A stretch of DNA of 64,000 nt from Candidatus Latescibacterota bacterium (GTDB taxonomy: Bacteria; Latescibacterota; UBA2968; GCA-2709665), in contig OZ242358.1 in NCBI GenBank assembly GCA_965208835.1, positions 896,001 to 960,000 on the forward strand, written 5' to 3'. The notes under the pieces were generated by a model. The model was given only the letters and a program-made list of their open reading frames with translations, made no database searches and had not been told where the DNA came from. Position 1 is the first letter of the stretch. Each line of letters starts with the position of its first letter. Positions 1-9,296 of the stretch are shown piece after piece. The translations under genes and the position numbers were made by a program.

Positions 1-11
1 GACTTGAGGTC

Positions 12-746
12 ATGACCGTGAATCAGAAATCTCAAAGTGTGCAGTTTTCGGCGCGCGCCGCGGATTACGACCGCCTTCAGCCGGTTCGCATCGAGATGTA
101 TGAATTCTACCACGGCCTGGCCCTGGACTTCGTTCCGTTCGATACCGGGACTGAATTCCGAGTGCTCGATCTCGGTTGTGGGACGGGCGCTTTCATCGAA
201 CGCATCCTGGACAGGTACGCGAAAGCGACCTGTATCGCGGTCGACTTTTCAGGCGAGATGATCGAGATTGCGGCCCGGAAGCTGAACGCGCATTCGGACA
301 GGGTGGAATTCCAGCAGTATGATCTCAGCGAAGGCATGCCCGAGGGTCTGGGGTCCTTTCAACTGGTCAATTCGTTTTCGACGATACATCACCTGACAGA
401 CGAGAACAAGGTCCGCGTATTCAGGCAGATTCACGACGTGCTGGATCCGGGTGGATGGTTTTTCTTCATCGATGCGATGTCCGCGCACTTTGACGACGAC
501 GTTTTTCAACTGGGTCGAAAGCGGCACGGGAAGCGACAGAAGGAGAGATTCGAAAGTGCGGGGATAGGTTTCGAGGAAGCCAATCGGGTGGACGGGATCG
601 TCGACGAGACTGAAGAGGGCAGCCCTGAGAGAGACAGAATATCTCCCTTAGCTGCCCAGATTGAATGGCTGGAAGAGGCGGGTTTCAGATCGGTGGATCA
701 CATCTGGCACTTCTGGATGGAACATTTCATCATCTGCCGAAAGTGA
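12..746 (+). CDS. Class I SAM-dependent methyltransferase
   Basis: VLDLGCGTG motif I, VDFS motif, IHHL and L.PGG.F motifs; GAGG RBS upstream. Confidence 0.9.
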   Translation: MTVNQKSQSVQFSARAADYDRLQPVRIEMYEFYHGLALDFVPFDTGTEFRVLDLGCGTGAFIERILDRYAKATCIAVDFSGEMIEIAARKLNAHSDRVEFQQYDLSEGMPEGLGSFQLVNSFSTIHHLTDENKVRVFRQIHDVLDPGGWFFFIDAMSAHFDDDVFQLGRKRHGKRQKERFESAGIGFEEANRVDGIVDETEEGSPERDRISPLAAQIEWLEEAGFRSVDHIWHFWMEHFIICRK

Positions 747-769
747 ATGCCCGCGCCGGTCGTCTGCAC

Positions 770-985
770 TCAGTGTACGTGCCATTCCGACAGCAGCGCC
801 ATCAGGGAAATCCCGATGATGATGAGTGCGAATTTGACCACCCTGTCGGAATCCCTCACGGGCATGGGAACGTCGTCGTCCCCGGCCGGCGCGCTCAATA
901 CGTATTTCGCCAGGCGCATTTCCCTCATCGACATCTCCGCGTCGATGATTTCAACCGCTGCCACGTAGATGAACGTCCCGGCGAC
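770..985 (-). pseudogene. C-terminal remnant of a ZIP-family metal transporter
   Basis: Frame reads VAGTFIYVAAVEII...VKFALIIIGISLMALLSEW, resembling the last two TM helices of ZIP permeases; in-frame TAA at 1004-1006, so the N-terminal part is missing. Confidence 0.6.
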
Positions 986-1120
986 CTCAGACCGGCAGGA
1001 GATTTACGATCCGGGATGGCGCAAATCAGATGTAAATCCAGTTCGATTTCCACGCAATTTAGGATTATCGCAGCGCGGTGGCCAAGCATTTGTTTCTGGA
1101 CAGAGAGAAGAGGTGTCGCG

Positions 1121-1495
1121 ATGACCATCAGAAGATACCCGGGAAAGGCCGTTGGCCGGAGCGAGTCCGTGGAACACGACGGCATCGTTTATACAGCCGT
1201 CATCGCGTCCGATCTTTCGGCGGATTTCAGGGACCAGACCAGGCAGGCGTTTGAACAGCTCGATGCAAACCTGACGGAGGCCGGAACCGACAGAACACGG
1301 CTGCTGTCCGCGACAGTCTACATTACGGACATGTCCAAGAAGCCCATCCTCAACGAGGTCTGGGACGACTGGATCGGGCCCGATCACTGGCCGCAGCGCG
1401 CCTGCGTGGAAGTCGGGCTGGAGGGAGACACGCTTGTAGAGATTGTCGCGATTGCCGCGAAACAGGTAAGTGCCCAGGAACCGGAAGATGAGTGA
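1121..1495 (+). CDS. RidA/YjgF/UK114 family protein
   Basis: QTRQAF..LD..L..AG, ATVYITDM, NEVW..W, WPQRACV, LVEI motifs; GAGG RBS before ATG 1121. Confidence 0.9.
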   Translation: MTIRRYPGKAVGRSESVEHDGIVYTAVIASDLSADFRDQTRQAFEQLDANLTEAGTDRTRLLSATVYITDMSKKPILNEVWDDWIGPDHWPQRACVEVGLEGDTLVEIVAIAAKQVSAQEPEDE

Positions 1496-2312
1496 AGACA
1501 GCGTCATAGATAAAACGAAAACGCCCGCCACGATCGAATCGTTACAAAGGGACCTCCGGGCACTTGGCCTCAAACCCGGCATGGTTGTCCTGGTACATTC
1601 ATCCTTGAGCGCGATGGGATGGGTGTGCGGGGGAGCCGTCGCGGTTATTGCCGCTCTTCAGGGCGTTCTGGGATCTTCCGGAACGCTCGTGATACCCGCC
1701 CACTCGTCCGGCCTTTCCGAGCCGGGCAAGTGGGAAAACCCTCCCGTCCCCGAGTCCTGGTGGCCGGTCATTCGGGAGAACATGCCGGCCTACGATGAGG
1801 CGCTTACGCCGACCAGTCATATGGGCGTCATCGCCGAGACATTCCGTAAGCAGAGAGGCGTTCTCCGCAGTTCTCACCCGCAACTCTCATTTTGCGCGCG
1901 TGGCCCTCAGGCATCCCGAATCGTGGACGATCATTCACTGGAATTCGGCCTGGGCGAGGGTTCGCCGCTCGCGAGAGTCTACGACCTGAACGGTTCTGTC
2001 CTTCTGCTCGGCGCGAGCCACGGATCCAATACGTCCATGCATCTGGCGGAATACCGGGCGAATTTTCCGACCCGGAAGGTTGTGCGGGAGGGCGCTCCGA
2101 TCTATGCATCGGGATCACGGCGATGGGAGACCTTTGAGGAAGTCGAACCGGACAGTTCCGATTTCGATCGTATCGGTGAGGACTTTCTGAAGTCGGATGC
2201 GGGCAAAGTCGTGAGCCGGGGCAAGGTTGGTCTCGCGGATTGCCAACTCATGCCTCAGCGCGACGTCGTGGATTTCACAGTCGCCTGGCTCGAGGAGAAC
2301 AGAAAGAAATGA
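1488..2312 (+). CDS. AAC(3)/YokD-family N-acetyltransferase
   Basis: VHSSLSAMGWVCGG, MGVIAETFR, RSSHP..SF.A.G, SNTSMHLAE motifs. Confidence 0.9.
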   Translation: MSEDSVIDKTKTPATIESLQRDLRALGLKPGMVVLVHSSLSAMGWVCGGAVAVIAALQGVLGSSGTLVIPAHSSGLSEPGKWENPPVPESWWPVIRENMPAYDEALTPTSHMGVIAETFRKQRGVLRSSHPQLSFCARGPQASRIVDDHSLEFGLGEGSPLARVYDLNGSVLLLGASHGSNTSMHLAEYRANFPTRKVVREGAPIYASGSRRWETFEEVEPDSSDFDRIGEDFLKSDAGKVVSRGKVGLADCQLMPQRDVVDFTVAWLEENRKK

Positions 2313-2473
2313 AAGAGACAAAACGAGACGTGGGCCTCGAGACTCTGGAGGGGCTCCGAGAACTCAGGCGGGGCAAGTGTTGCCGTGTGATCAATGTGGG
2401 GGAACTCAACCGGATCAGAAAGGAAGCCGGTCTGCGGAACAATGACAAATCGGAGTCTGTTGAGGGGATGTGA
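2309..2473 (+). pseudogene. Truncated N-terminus of a HigA-like XRE/HTH antitoxin
   Basis: MKETKRDVGLETLEGLRELRRGK..RVINV..LNRIRKEAGL; similarity ends where the HTH (SQ..FA..LG) should begin; ATGA overlap with the upstream stop. Confidence 0.6.
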
Positions 2474-3797
2474 ATTACATCTGCACATTCTCGGTGCGTA
2501 CCATACGGAAGACCTCCTGGAACTCGGAAGGGATTGTTACAAGGAGGTTAACTGGGATGAATTCGATTTCATCAATACCTATCGACAAGCGTATGGTACT
2601 GACCCCCGGCCGATTGCACTGTTCCATGACGCAGTGAAGGGCTGCAGGAACGGATTCGACAGATTGAATCGAGCCTATACGTTCGACGAACGGGACGGGG
2701 GCGACTTTGGCCGCTTTGAGGCCAAACAGCTGCTGTTTCTATGCGTCTGGAGCCACTGGCGAAAAAAGGGACGCGATAAGCCCCTGATCCAAAGGATGCT
2801 CGCCAGACACCGAACCGAATCGCTGGATTACGTCGAATACAGATGTGGCAGTGGTTTGGATGGATTTCTACACTGGCACGGACTGTGCGCTGGCGTCTTG
2901 AAAGAGGCCTGTCGCGACGGTCTTACTGCACGCTATATCGTGAGTGTTTCGCGGGATGCGCCTCTCGAAACCTATGCCCTTGCACAAAGGCTTTTCGACC
3001 AGAACCCTGAGCTGGTACCGATAATCGTGGGAATCGATTTTGCCGGTCGTGAAGAATACCATGCGCCAAAACACATGCGTCCATTGTTCTCACAGGTACG
3101 TGAAGATAACAGAAGGGATCCGGGTCGCGCTCTCGATATTGTCTATCACGTGGGTGAGTCCTTTTTCGACAAATCTCTGGAAAGTGCAGTGCGCTGGTGC
3201 CACGAAGTCGCCGAGATGGGTGCCAGGAGAATCGGACACGCCATTGCATTGGGTCTCGATCCGGAGATCGCGGTTGCGCGGCGGACGAGAGCTCATAATC
3301 GGGAAATGGTTAGCGAGCGCCTCGATCAGATCGCGTACGATCTTCGGCACGCGCAAGGGTTGAGCGACTATGGAATTGATGTAGATGAGCGCGCGCTGAT
3401 CACCGAAAGGAACGCGTTGAAAAAACAGCCGCACGAGGAAGCGGTCGAACGGCCGTATGACCGAAGAAGATTGAACGAGGTACGTCGACGGCAGGAATTC
3501 GTGCTGGATCGATTGATCCAACTTCGCACAGTGATAGAGTGTTGTCCAACTTCCAATCTGAGGATAGGTGGCGTGCCGGCGCCGATGCATCACCCCATTC
3601 ATCGGTTTCTGGATTCCGGAGTGGACCTCGTAATCTGCTCGGACGATCCCGGAAACTTCGGGTCCACCCTTTCGGAAGAAGTGGATTGGGTATTGACCCA
3701 CACCGGCATGACTGAAGATGCGCTGGAAAGACGCCTGGGTGATCCTCGACGATTCCGATTGGGACAATCAAGACCTCACAATACAGGTCGATTGTAG
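2442..3797 (+). CDS. Adenosine/AMP deaminase-like metallo-amidohydrolase
   Basis: ELHLH, GIDFAG.E, HVGE, RIGHA, IECCPTSN, SDDP motifs. Confidence 0.88.
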   Translation: MTNRSLLRGCELHLHILGAYHTEDLLELGRDCYKEVNWDEFDFINTYRQAYGTDPRPIALFHDAVKGCRNGFDRLNRAYTFDERDGGDFGRFEAKQLLFLCVWSHWRKKGRDKPLIQRMLARHRTESLDYVEYRCGSGLDGFLHWHGLCAGVLKEACRDGLTARYIVSVSRDAPLETYALAQRLFDQNPELVPIIVGIDFAGREEYHAPKHMRPLFSQVREDNRRDPGRALDIVYHVGESFFDKSLESAVRWCHEVAEMGARRIGHAIALGLDPEIAVARRTRAHNREMVSERLDQIAYDLRHAQGLSDYGIDVDERALITERNALKKQPHEEAVERPYDRRRLNEVRRRQEFVLDRLIQLRTVIECCPTSNLRIGGVPAPMHHPIHRFLDSGVDLVICSDDPGNFGSTLSEEVDWVLTHTGMTEDALERRLGDPRRFRLGQSRPHNTGRL

Positions 3798-4019
3798 AAG
3801 GTGTGTTACTCTTGATCGCGGACAGAAATCTACAGGCACTTCCAGTCGTGGCGTAGGGAGACGTCGCCCCGTTGGCACTGGATGCGTAGGATAGTTGTGC
3901 GTCGTTGGTTCAGATGGAGGTGTGGTGTCCAGGCGAATCTGTCGCCGAATGAGCGATCAACCTGACGTCGGTTGAACGGAAAGCGGCCGATGTAGAGTAC
4001 ACAGGAAGAGACGGGAACT

Positions 4020-5672
4020 ATGTGGCCATCATTGCGCGAGTTTCTTCGTGTTCCCCGGGAACTTACTGGCAAGAACGTGCGCATTGCCGTCATTGACGGA
4101 GAATTCCCACACCATCCCGATATCAGCACCAATGACCGGCGAACGACCTACCTGGTGCCGGGCATGTCGGAACCGGACGCGCAGCCCGAGGTGTTCGAGG
4201 CGGAACCGGGACCATGGAAGGGCGGGTGGCATGCGCTCTGTGCCGCGGCCGCCGCCGGGGGCTCGGGCGCCGAATCGGGAGGGCTTTACACTGGCGTGGC
4301 GCCCGAAGCGGATCTGTTTCTTATGGCAAGGTATCCACGCGAGAAGGGCTGGTCGGAGGAAGAAGCGCAGATCAGAGCGCTGGAATGGGTCGGCGCCAAC
4401 TGGCGAAAGTATGAAATACGTGGTGTGATGTCAGCGAAGAAGAGTCTGATAGGTTCATCTCTTCTTCCCTGGCAGACCGACCGGCGCCGGATCCTGTGTG
4501 AAGGTCTGGTCGACCACGGGCTGTTCGTGGTGTCCAGCTCCGGAAATCGACCGGACGAGACGACCGCGGTTGCCGAAACCTCCGCCCCGTCAGTCCTGAC
4601 CGTGGGAGGCGTCGCAATACCGCCGGATGGGGACCTGAATCGAACCAGGAGTTATCCAGGGTGCCGGGGAACGACGTTCGAAGGGAAATGGGTCCCGGAA
4701 ATACTGGCGCCGGCACAGAACGTCGTGCTTCCCCACAGAAACGACGAGGAGATTGAAACCCACTACTATGGAGAGATGGACACATTGCCGGCCCGCCATG
4801 CCCGTACAAACGGGACGTCTTTCTCCGGCCCTGCTCTGCTCGGGGCGGCGGCCTGTGTGTGGCAGGCGCATCCGGACTGGGCTGCCGGTGAAATGAAATC
4901 AGCCCTCGTTTCGTCAGCGCTCAAGAATCGGGAGTGGACAGACCTCCGTGCAGGCCTGGTTTCGGTCAGCGACGCCGTGGATGGAGGCGTACCCATGGCT
5001 GAGCCGACGCCTGCGAAGCGTCCTATACGGATCTGGTCTTCTTTGCGTAGGGAGTCAGTGGAAGGCAGACTGGTTCGATTGAAAACCAGCAATCCCAACG
5101 AAATCAGGGATGCAATCCTCTCGTTTATCGGCGATGATTTTCCGCAACGGGCCGCACGTGCAGTACGTGAGCATACCAGGCACCCTGACGCCGGCGTTCG
5201 CGCCGCGTCCCTGTGTGCGCTTGCCGGCAAACCTCCATCCTTCGCAGATTCGGGCTATATTATCCACGCGCTTCGCGATGTTTCCCCTGTCGTCCGAATG
5301 GCCGGCGTATACCTGTTGACGCAGCGTTCGGATCTCTGGTCCAAATGTCGTGAATCCCTCGCCGATTGCTTCGACGATCTGAGCCTGGACGTCCGAATTG
5401 AGTCCCTTCATCTCGCCAGGAAGATGGCGTACCCGGATTTCGCGGAGAAGATTGCCACTGGTCTCGAGGAAGACGCACGGCTGGGATGCATCGCGAATTT
5501 CGCGGCGAGGAGGGATGCGCTGGAGGCGATTACCGGACAGCAATTGCCTGCGCGCCCCCCATATAAATTCGGGCAACCCTCGCAGGGGGATGCTCGGAGG
5601 GTTGCCCGGGTCGAACTGGCTTTGCGATGGATGGATTGGCTCAGAGTGAACTGGACTGTGCTGCGGAATTGA
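4020..5672 (+). CDS. S8 subtilase with C-terminal HEAT-like repeats
   Basis: IAVIDG (Asp), GWHA (His), YTGVAPEA, SSGN oxyanion, NGTSFSGP (Ser); C-terminal D...VR.A...L helical repeats; no signal peptide evident. Confidence 0.85.
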   Translation: MWPSLREFLRVPRELTGKNVRIAVIDGEFPHHPDISTNDRRTTYLVPGMSEPDAQPEVFEAEPGPWKGGWHALCAAAAAGGSGAESGGLYTGVAPEADLFLMARYPREKGWSEEEAQIRALEWVGANWRKYEIRGVMSAKKSLIGSSLLPWQTDRRRILCEGLVDHGLFVVSSSGNRPDETTAVAETSAPSVLTVGGVAIPPDGDLNRTRSYPGCRGTTFEGKWVPEILAPAQNVVLPHRNDEEIETHYYGEMDTLPARHARTNGTSFSGPALLGAAACVWQAHPDWAAGEMKSALVSSALKNREWTDLRAGLVSVSDAVDGGVPMAEPTPAKRPIRIWSSLRRESVEGRLVRLKTSNPNEIRDAILSFIGDDFPQRAARAVREHTRHPDAGVRAASLCALAGKPPSFADSGYIIHALRDVSPVVRMAGVYLLTQRSDLWSKCRESLADCFDDLSLDVRIESLHLARKMAYPDFAEKIATGLEEDARLGCIANFAARRDALEAITGQQLPARPPYKFGQPSQGDARRVARVELALRWMDWLRVNWTVLRN

Positions 5673-5685
5673 ACAAAGAGAGGCG

Positions 5686-6489
5686 TTACTCGATCACCAC
5701 CAGCACGGCCTCACCCTTGAGGAGGTCGCTGACGAGGGTTATATGCGTACCGTCCGCGCTCAATCTGACCGTAAAGTCCTTGTCTTTTTTCAGCTTCCCT
5801 GTGCGGCCGATCAACTCCTTCAGTTTCTGACCGCGTTCCAGGGTGGGGCCTTCGCCGACGGAGAATAGCGTGACTTTCAGGTCGTCGTGACCGGGTTTCT
5901 GGACCAGCTTGTATCCCTTGCGGAAGAAGCGGCGGCCCGTTTCCAGGAATCCGTCCGCCTTCAGACGGTCTTCCGTACCCACGACCACGCGCACCATGTT
6001 CTTGGCCTCATCGAGTCTCTTCTGAGTCCTCTCGATATCCTCGTTGGCCGCGGCCAGGTCCTGCGACAACTTCATGGTGACGTCTCTCTGATGGCGCAGG
6101 GCGACAGTGAGGCTGTCCGATTCGCCGATGAGCCGATCGATTTCCGCTTCGTCAGCCTTCTTTTCGTCCTCTAGCTGGGCGATTGCTTTCTGCAGCTCTT
6201 CGTTCTTGAGCCGGCGTTTCGTGGCAAGAGCCCGGTATTTTTTCACTTCCTTCTGGAGTTGCTGGTTTTTCTCCTGAAGGAGCATCTCGAACTTGGTGAG
6301 GCTGTCGAGCTGGGTCTTCAGGGTGACGAGTTCGGCCTGAGCGCCGCCCATTTCGGTTTCGAGCGAGTCGATACTGGCCTCTTTCTGCGCGATTACCCGT
6401 TTCTGTCTCTCCACTTCGCTTTCCCCGCAGGCGGTCAGGCCGATGCAGAGGAGCAGGGCGAGGGAAAGACCCGATAGAAGCCTGTTCAT
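5686..6489 (-). CDS. Coiled-coil lipoprotein, function unknown
   Basis: MNRLLSGLSLALLLCIGLTA-C lipobox, long heptad-rich region, small C-terminal alpha/beta domain; GGAG RBS. Confidence 0.85.
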   Translation of the reverse strand: MNRLLSGLSLALLLCIGLTACGESEVERQKRVIAQKEASIDSLETEMGGAQAELVTLKTQLDSLTKFEMLLQEKNQQLQKEVKKYRALATKRRLKNEELQKAIAQLEDEKKADEAEIDRLIGESDSLTVALRHQRDVTMKLSQDLAAANEDIERTQKRLDEAKNMVRVVVGTEDRLKADGFLETGRRFFRKGYKLVQKPGHDDLKVTLFSVGEGPTLERGQKLKELIGRTGKLKKDKDFTVRLSADGTHITLVSDLLKGEAVLVVIE

Positions 6490-6516
6490 CCGAAGATCTC
6501 CCATATTGGGGTTGAC

Positions 6517-6654
6517 GGTAGGGTCCCCAGGGCGTCCCGCCGGGAACCGTTTTTTATCGCTTGCTGAACGATGCGTATTACACGCCCCCGGCTCCCACTC
6601 GGCCCGGAAGCTGTCCCCGCGGGCAGGATTTGTACGCCTCGCCGGGGTTCCACC
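6517..6654 (-). ncRNA. Candidate structured RNA (~138 nt), leader or sRNA
   Basis: Nested helices on minus strand: GGUGG/CUACC, CCCCGG/CUGGGG, GGCGU/ACGCC, CCUGCC/GGCGGG, GGGAGCCG/CGGUUCCC, hairpins GCGUG/UACGC and AUCGUU/AGCGAU; non-Watson-Crick pairs are G-U on minus but A-C on plus. Confidence 0.55.
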
Positions 6655-6939
6655 TTATACATAATGAATTCCGCTGCTTTCTGCAAGGTACATCCAAACA
6701 AAAAGACGTGAGTTGATGTACGCACGGGTAATCGGACTGTCTGACGGAACAACACTATTGAACTCGCTTGCTTCCGCATGTAAATTCACACGTGACGACA
6801 AGACAAAGATGTCAGGAGTGTTTTTAGCGAAGATTCTGAAAAAGACAAATTCGAACATGATCGACTTCGACAAAATGCCTTATTTGTTCTCAACCTTATG
6901 CCGCATATTGCTTTTTCAGACCCAACGAGGACCTGCGCA

Positions 6940-7458
6940 ATGATCCTGTCAGGAAAGATGATCCACGAGCGAATCGGAAAAGACATCGTCATAGAGCCGT
7001 TCGATCGGGCCAGGCTCAATCCGAACAGCTACAATCTCTCGCTCGCGGATGAACTGGTCGTCTATGAAGACGGCGTTCTGGATATGAAGAGGAAGAATAC
7101 CACGCGGTCTATTCAGATTCCCGTCGACGGGTTCGAGTTGCAACCCCGGACGCTCTATCTCGGCCGAACGGCGGAATTCACCAGAACGGAGAGTTTCGTC
7201 CCCATGCTCGAGGGGCGCTCATCCGTTGGCAGACTGGGGCTGTTTGTGCACGTCACCGCGGGTTTCGGCGACGTGGGTTTCGCCGGATACTGGACGCTTG
7301 AGATGTTTTGCATTCAACCGGTCCGGATCTATCCGAACGTGGAAATCTGCCAGATTTACTATCATACCCTGGGTGGCGATTTCGAAACCTATAATAGTGC
7401 GAAATATCAGAACAACAGGGGCATTCAGCCAAGTCGCATGTATCTGGACTTCACTTGA
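6940..7458 (+). CDS. dcd: dCTP deaminase (trimeric dUTPase fold)
   Basis: MILSG, NPNSYNL, EGRSSVGRLGL, TAGFGDVGF.G.WTLE, ICQI, KYQ. Confidence 0.93.
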   Translation: MILSGKMIHERIGKDIVIEPFDRARLNPNSYNLSLADELVVYEDGVLDMKRKNTTRSIQIPVDGFELQPRTLYLGRTAEFTRTESFVPMLEGRSSVGRLGLFVHVTAGFGDVGFAGYWTLEMFCIQPVRIYPNVEICQIYYHTLGGDFETYNSAKYQNNRGIQPSRMYLDFT

Positions 7459-7546
7459 AAAATCCCAGGAAGCCAGACGCGTCTGGAAATGGGTCCGCTG
7501 GGGGACTCGATGTGTGCCGCACGTGGTCCTTCGAGTCCGGTTTCCA

Positions 7547-8104
7547 ATGGTTCGCGGATTGAACTCTAACGCCAACATACGGGCATTCCTCGCCGGCAAG
7601 TCATCTTTTTTCGAGACGGAAATCCGGTGGTCGGACGGAACGCTCCCTCTGCGCGTGCGCTATTACCGTTCCAATGAACTCCCGCCGGACCGGTATGTAA
7701 CGTCCGTTCGATGTCTCGTTTTCCAGGACGAATCCGTTCTCGTTCTTCGCAATCGCGAGGGGTATCACATTTTGCCGGGAGGACGCCGTGAAGAGGGGGA
7801 AAGCTTCGAGCAGACGCTTCGTCGCGAAGTTGCGGAGGAGACGGGCTGGACGATTCGAGCTGTCACGCGACTGGGATTCATCCACCTGGAACATAAAGGG
7901 CCGAAACCTGCCGGATACCGGTTCCCTCACCCTCACTTTTTTCAGATCGTCTACACGGCCTGCGCTTCCGAGTATATGCCGGATTCAAAGGGTGATGACG
8001 ACTATGAGGAGTCGGCGGCACTTGTCCTGATGGGCCAACTTGCCTGCCTCGGTATATCCGAAGCCGAATTGGAATTTGTACGGTTTGCGAGGGAAGGTAC
8101 GTGA
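7547..8104 (+). CDS. NUDIX hydrolase
   Basis: LPGGRREEGESFEQTLRREVAEETG Nudix box; start codon uncertain. Confidence 0.85.
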   Translation: MVRGLNSNANIRAFLAGKSSFFETEIRWSDGTLPLRVRYYRSNELPPDRYVTSVRCLVFQDESVLVLRNREGYHILPGGRREEGESFEQTLRREVAEETGWTIRAVTRLGFIHLEHKGPKPAGYRFPHPHFFQIVYTACASEYMPDSKGDDDYEESAALVLMGQLACLGISEAELEFVRFAREGT

Positions 8105-8544
8105 TCATGTTCAGGATCGGCGTTTTCGGAATCGTCACCGATGAAGAAGACCGTGTGCTGCTTTGTCACCGGCGCGACTACGACCTGTGGAACCTGCCCG
8201 GGGGCGGCGTCGAGCCGGGCGAGAGTCCCTGGGATGCGCTCGTGCGGGAGATAGGGGAGGAGACGGGGCTGGAAGCGGCGCCCGTGCATCTCTCCGGCGT
8301 TTACAGCAAACCGGAAAGTAACGAGGTTGTGTTTTCGTTTTTCTGCCGGATAACCGGAGGCGCGGTCCGTCTCACGGACGAGGCGGACCGGATCGAGTAC
8401 TTCTCTCCGGACCGGTTTCCCCGGAACACCGTACCGAAGCAGGTGGAGCGTATCCGGGACTTTTTTTCGGACAGGACGGGAACGCACTACAAGGTCCAGG
8501 GTGGCCCGTCAGCGATCGAATTGCTCAATGAAGGTAAATTATAG
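8101..8544 (+). CDS. NUDIX hydrolase (MutT-like)
   Basis: WNLPGGGVEPGESPWDALVREIGEETG; GTGA overlap with previous gene. Confidence 0.9.
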   Translation: MIMFRIGVFGIVTDEEDRVLLCHRRDYDLWNLPGGGVEPGESPWDALVREIGEETGLEAAPVHLSGVYSKPESNEVVFSFFCRITGGAVRLTDEADRIEYFSPDRFPRNTVPKQVERIRDFFSDRTGTHYKVQGGPSAIELLNEGKL

Positions 8545-8596
8545 GAGATCCACCCGTCGCCCTACAACGCGGCGGGCCTCATCGGTCGACGTTGAG

Positions 8597-9205
8597 ATGT
8601 CAGACTTTCTGATCATAGGCGTTGCGATTATCCTCACGGAGCGGGATGGTTTTCTATTCGAACTCCAGAGAGAGGCGAAATGGAAGCGCGGACAGGATGG
8701 GATTATCGAGATTGGCATGAGTTGCATCGGCGGCACGGTTGAGAATGGTGAGTCCCTCGAGGACGCACTGCGGAGAGAAGCGACGGAAGAAATCGGCTGC
8801 AGAGTCGCATTCGGCAGTTCTGCGAAACCCTTTTCGTTGGACCCGGCCGGAAACGTGTCGCCGCTTCCGCCGGGTGCCGTTCCGGATGGCGTGCAGTTCC
8901 TGTGGGAAGGGGACGATCCGGGTTTTGTCCCGGGCGCCGTGGTTGCTGTGTACTCAGGCCGCGCTACCGGGCGGGCGGAGCCGGGCGACCTCTCGGGCAT
9001 CGTGACGTTGAAAACCGATCTATTCTACGAACTCGCCACGGAATCGTTCACCGTCGAGAGCCTGGAGGGGAGGGGCGGAATCCTCCAGAAGCGCGTCCGA
9101 ATTCCACGTTCCGCCCGCGTGAAGCCGGTAGGAACGGCCGCCAGGCTTCTGGAACTGCGGAGACGGCATCCTGAGTTGCTGAATCGGATTCTTCCCGGGT
9201 CCTGA
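8597..9205 (+). CDS. NUDIX hydrolase
   Basis: IGGTVENGESLEDALRREATEEIG. Confidence 0.85.
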   Translation: MSDFLIIGVAIILTERDGFLFELQREAKWKRGQDGIIEIGMSCIGGTVENGESLEDALRREATEEIGCRVAFGSSAKPFSLDPAGNVSPLPPGAVPDGVQFLWEGDDPGFVPGAVVAVYSGRATGRAEPGDLSGIVTLKTDLFYELATESFTVESLEGRGGILQKRVRIPRSARVKPVGTAARLLELRRRHPELLNRILPGS

Positions 9206-9296
9206 TTGGAGACCATCCGATCTCCCGTTTCAACGTATTTTGCATTTTGTACGATTCGGAACGACGCACAGAAGGGGCTTCCCCGGGGTCCAATCC

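Noticed and set aside
665-1120. N-terminal extension of RidA given by the ORF track
   Set aside because: Overlaps the methyltransferase and ZIP remnant; RBS and family start fit 1121
2442-3797. RADAR system
   Set aside because: No adjacent RdrA-type ATPase, and the protein is shorter than typical RdrB
6500-6680. c-di-AMP, cobalamin or SRP identity for the structured RNA
   Set aside because: Only short partial matches (GGAACC, GCTGTCCCCGC, CCGGAAG); the remaining conserved elements are absent
6940-7458. dCTP deaminase as anti-phage nucleotide depletion
   Set aside because: This is the trimeric dUTPase-fold housekeeping Dcd, not the kinase-fused zinc cytidine-deaminase type used in defence
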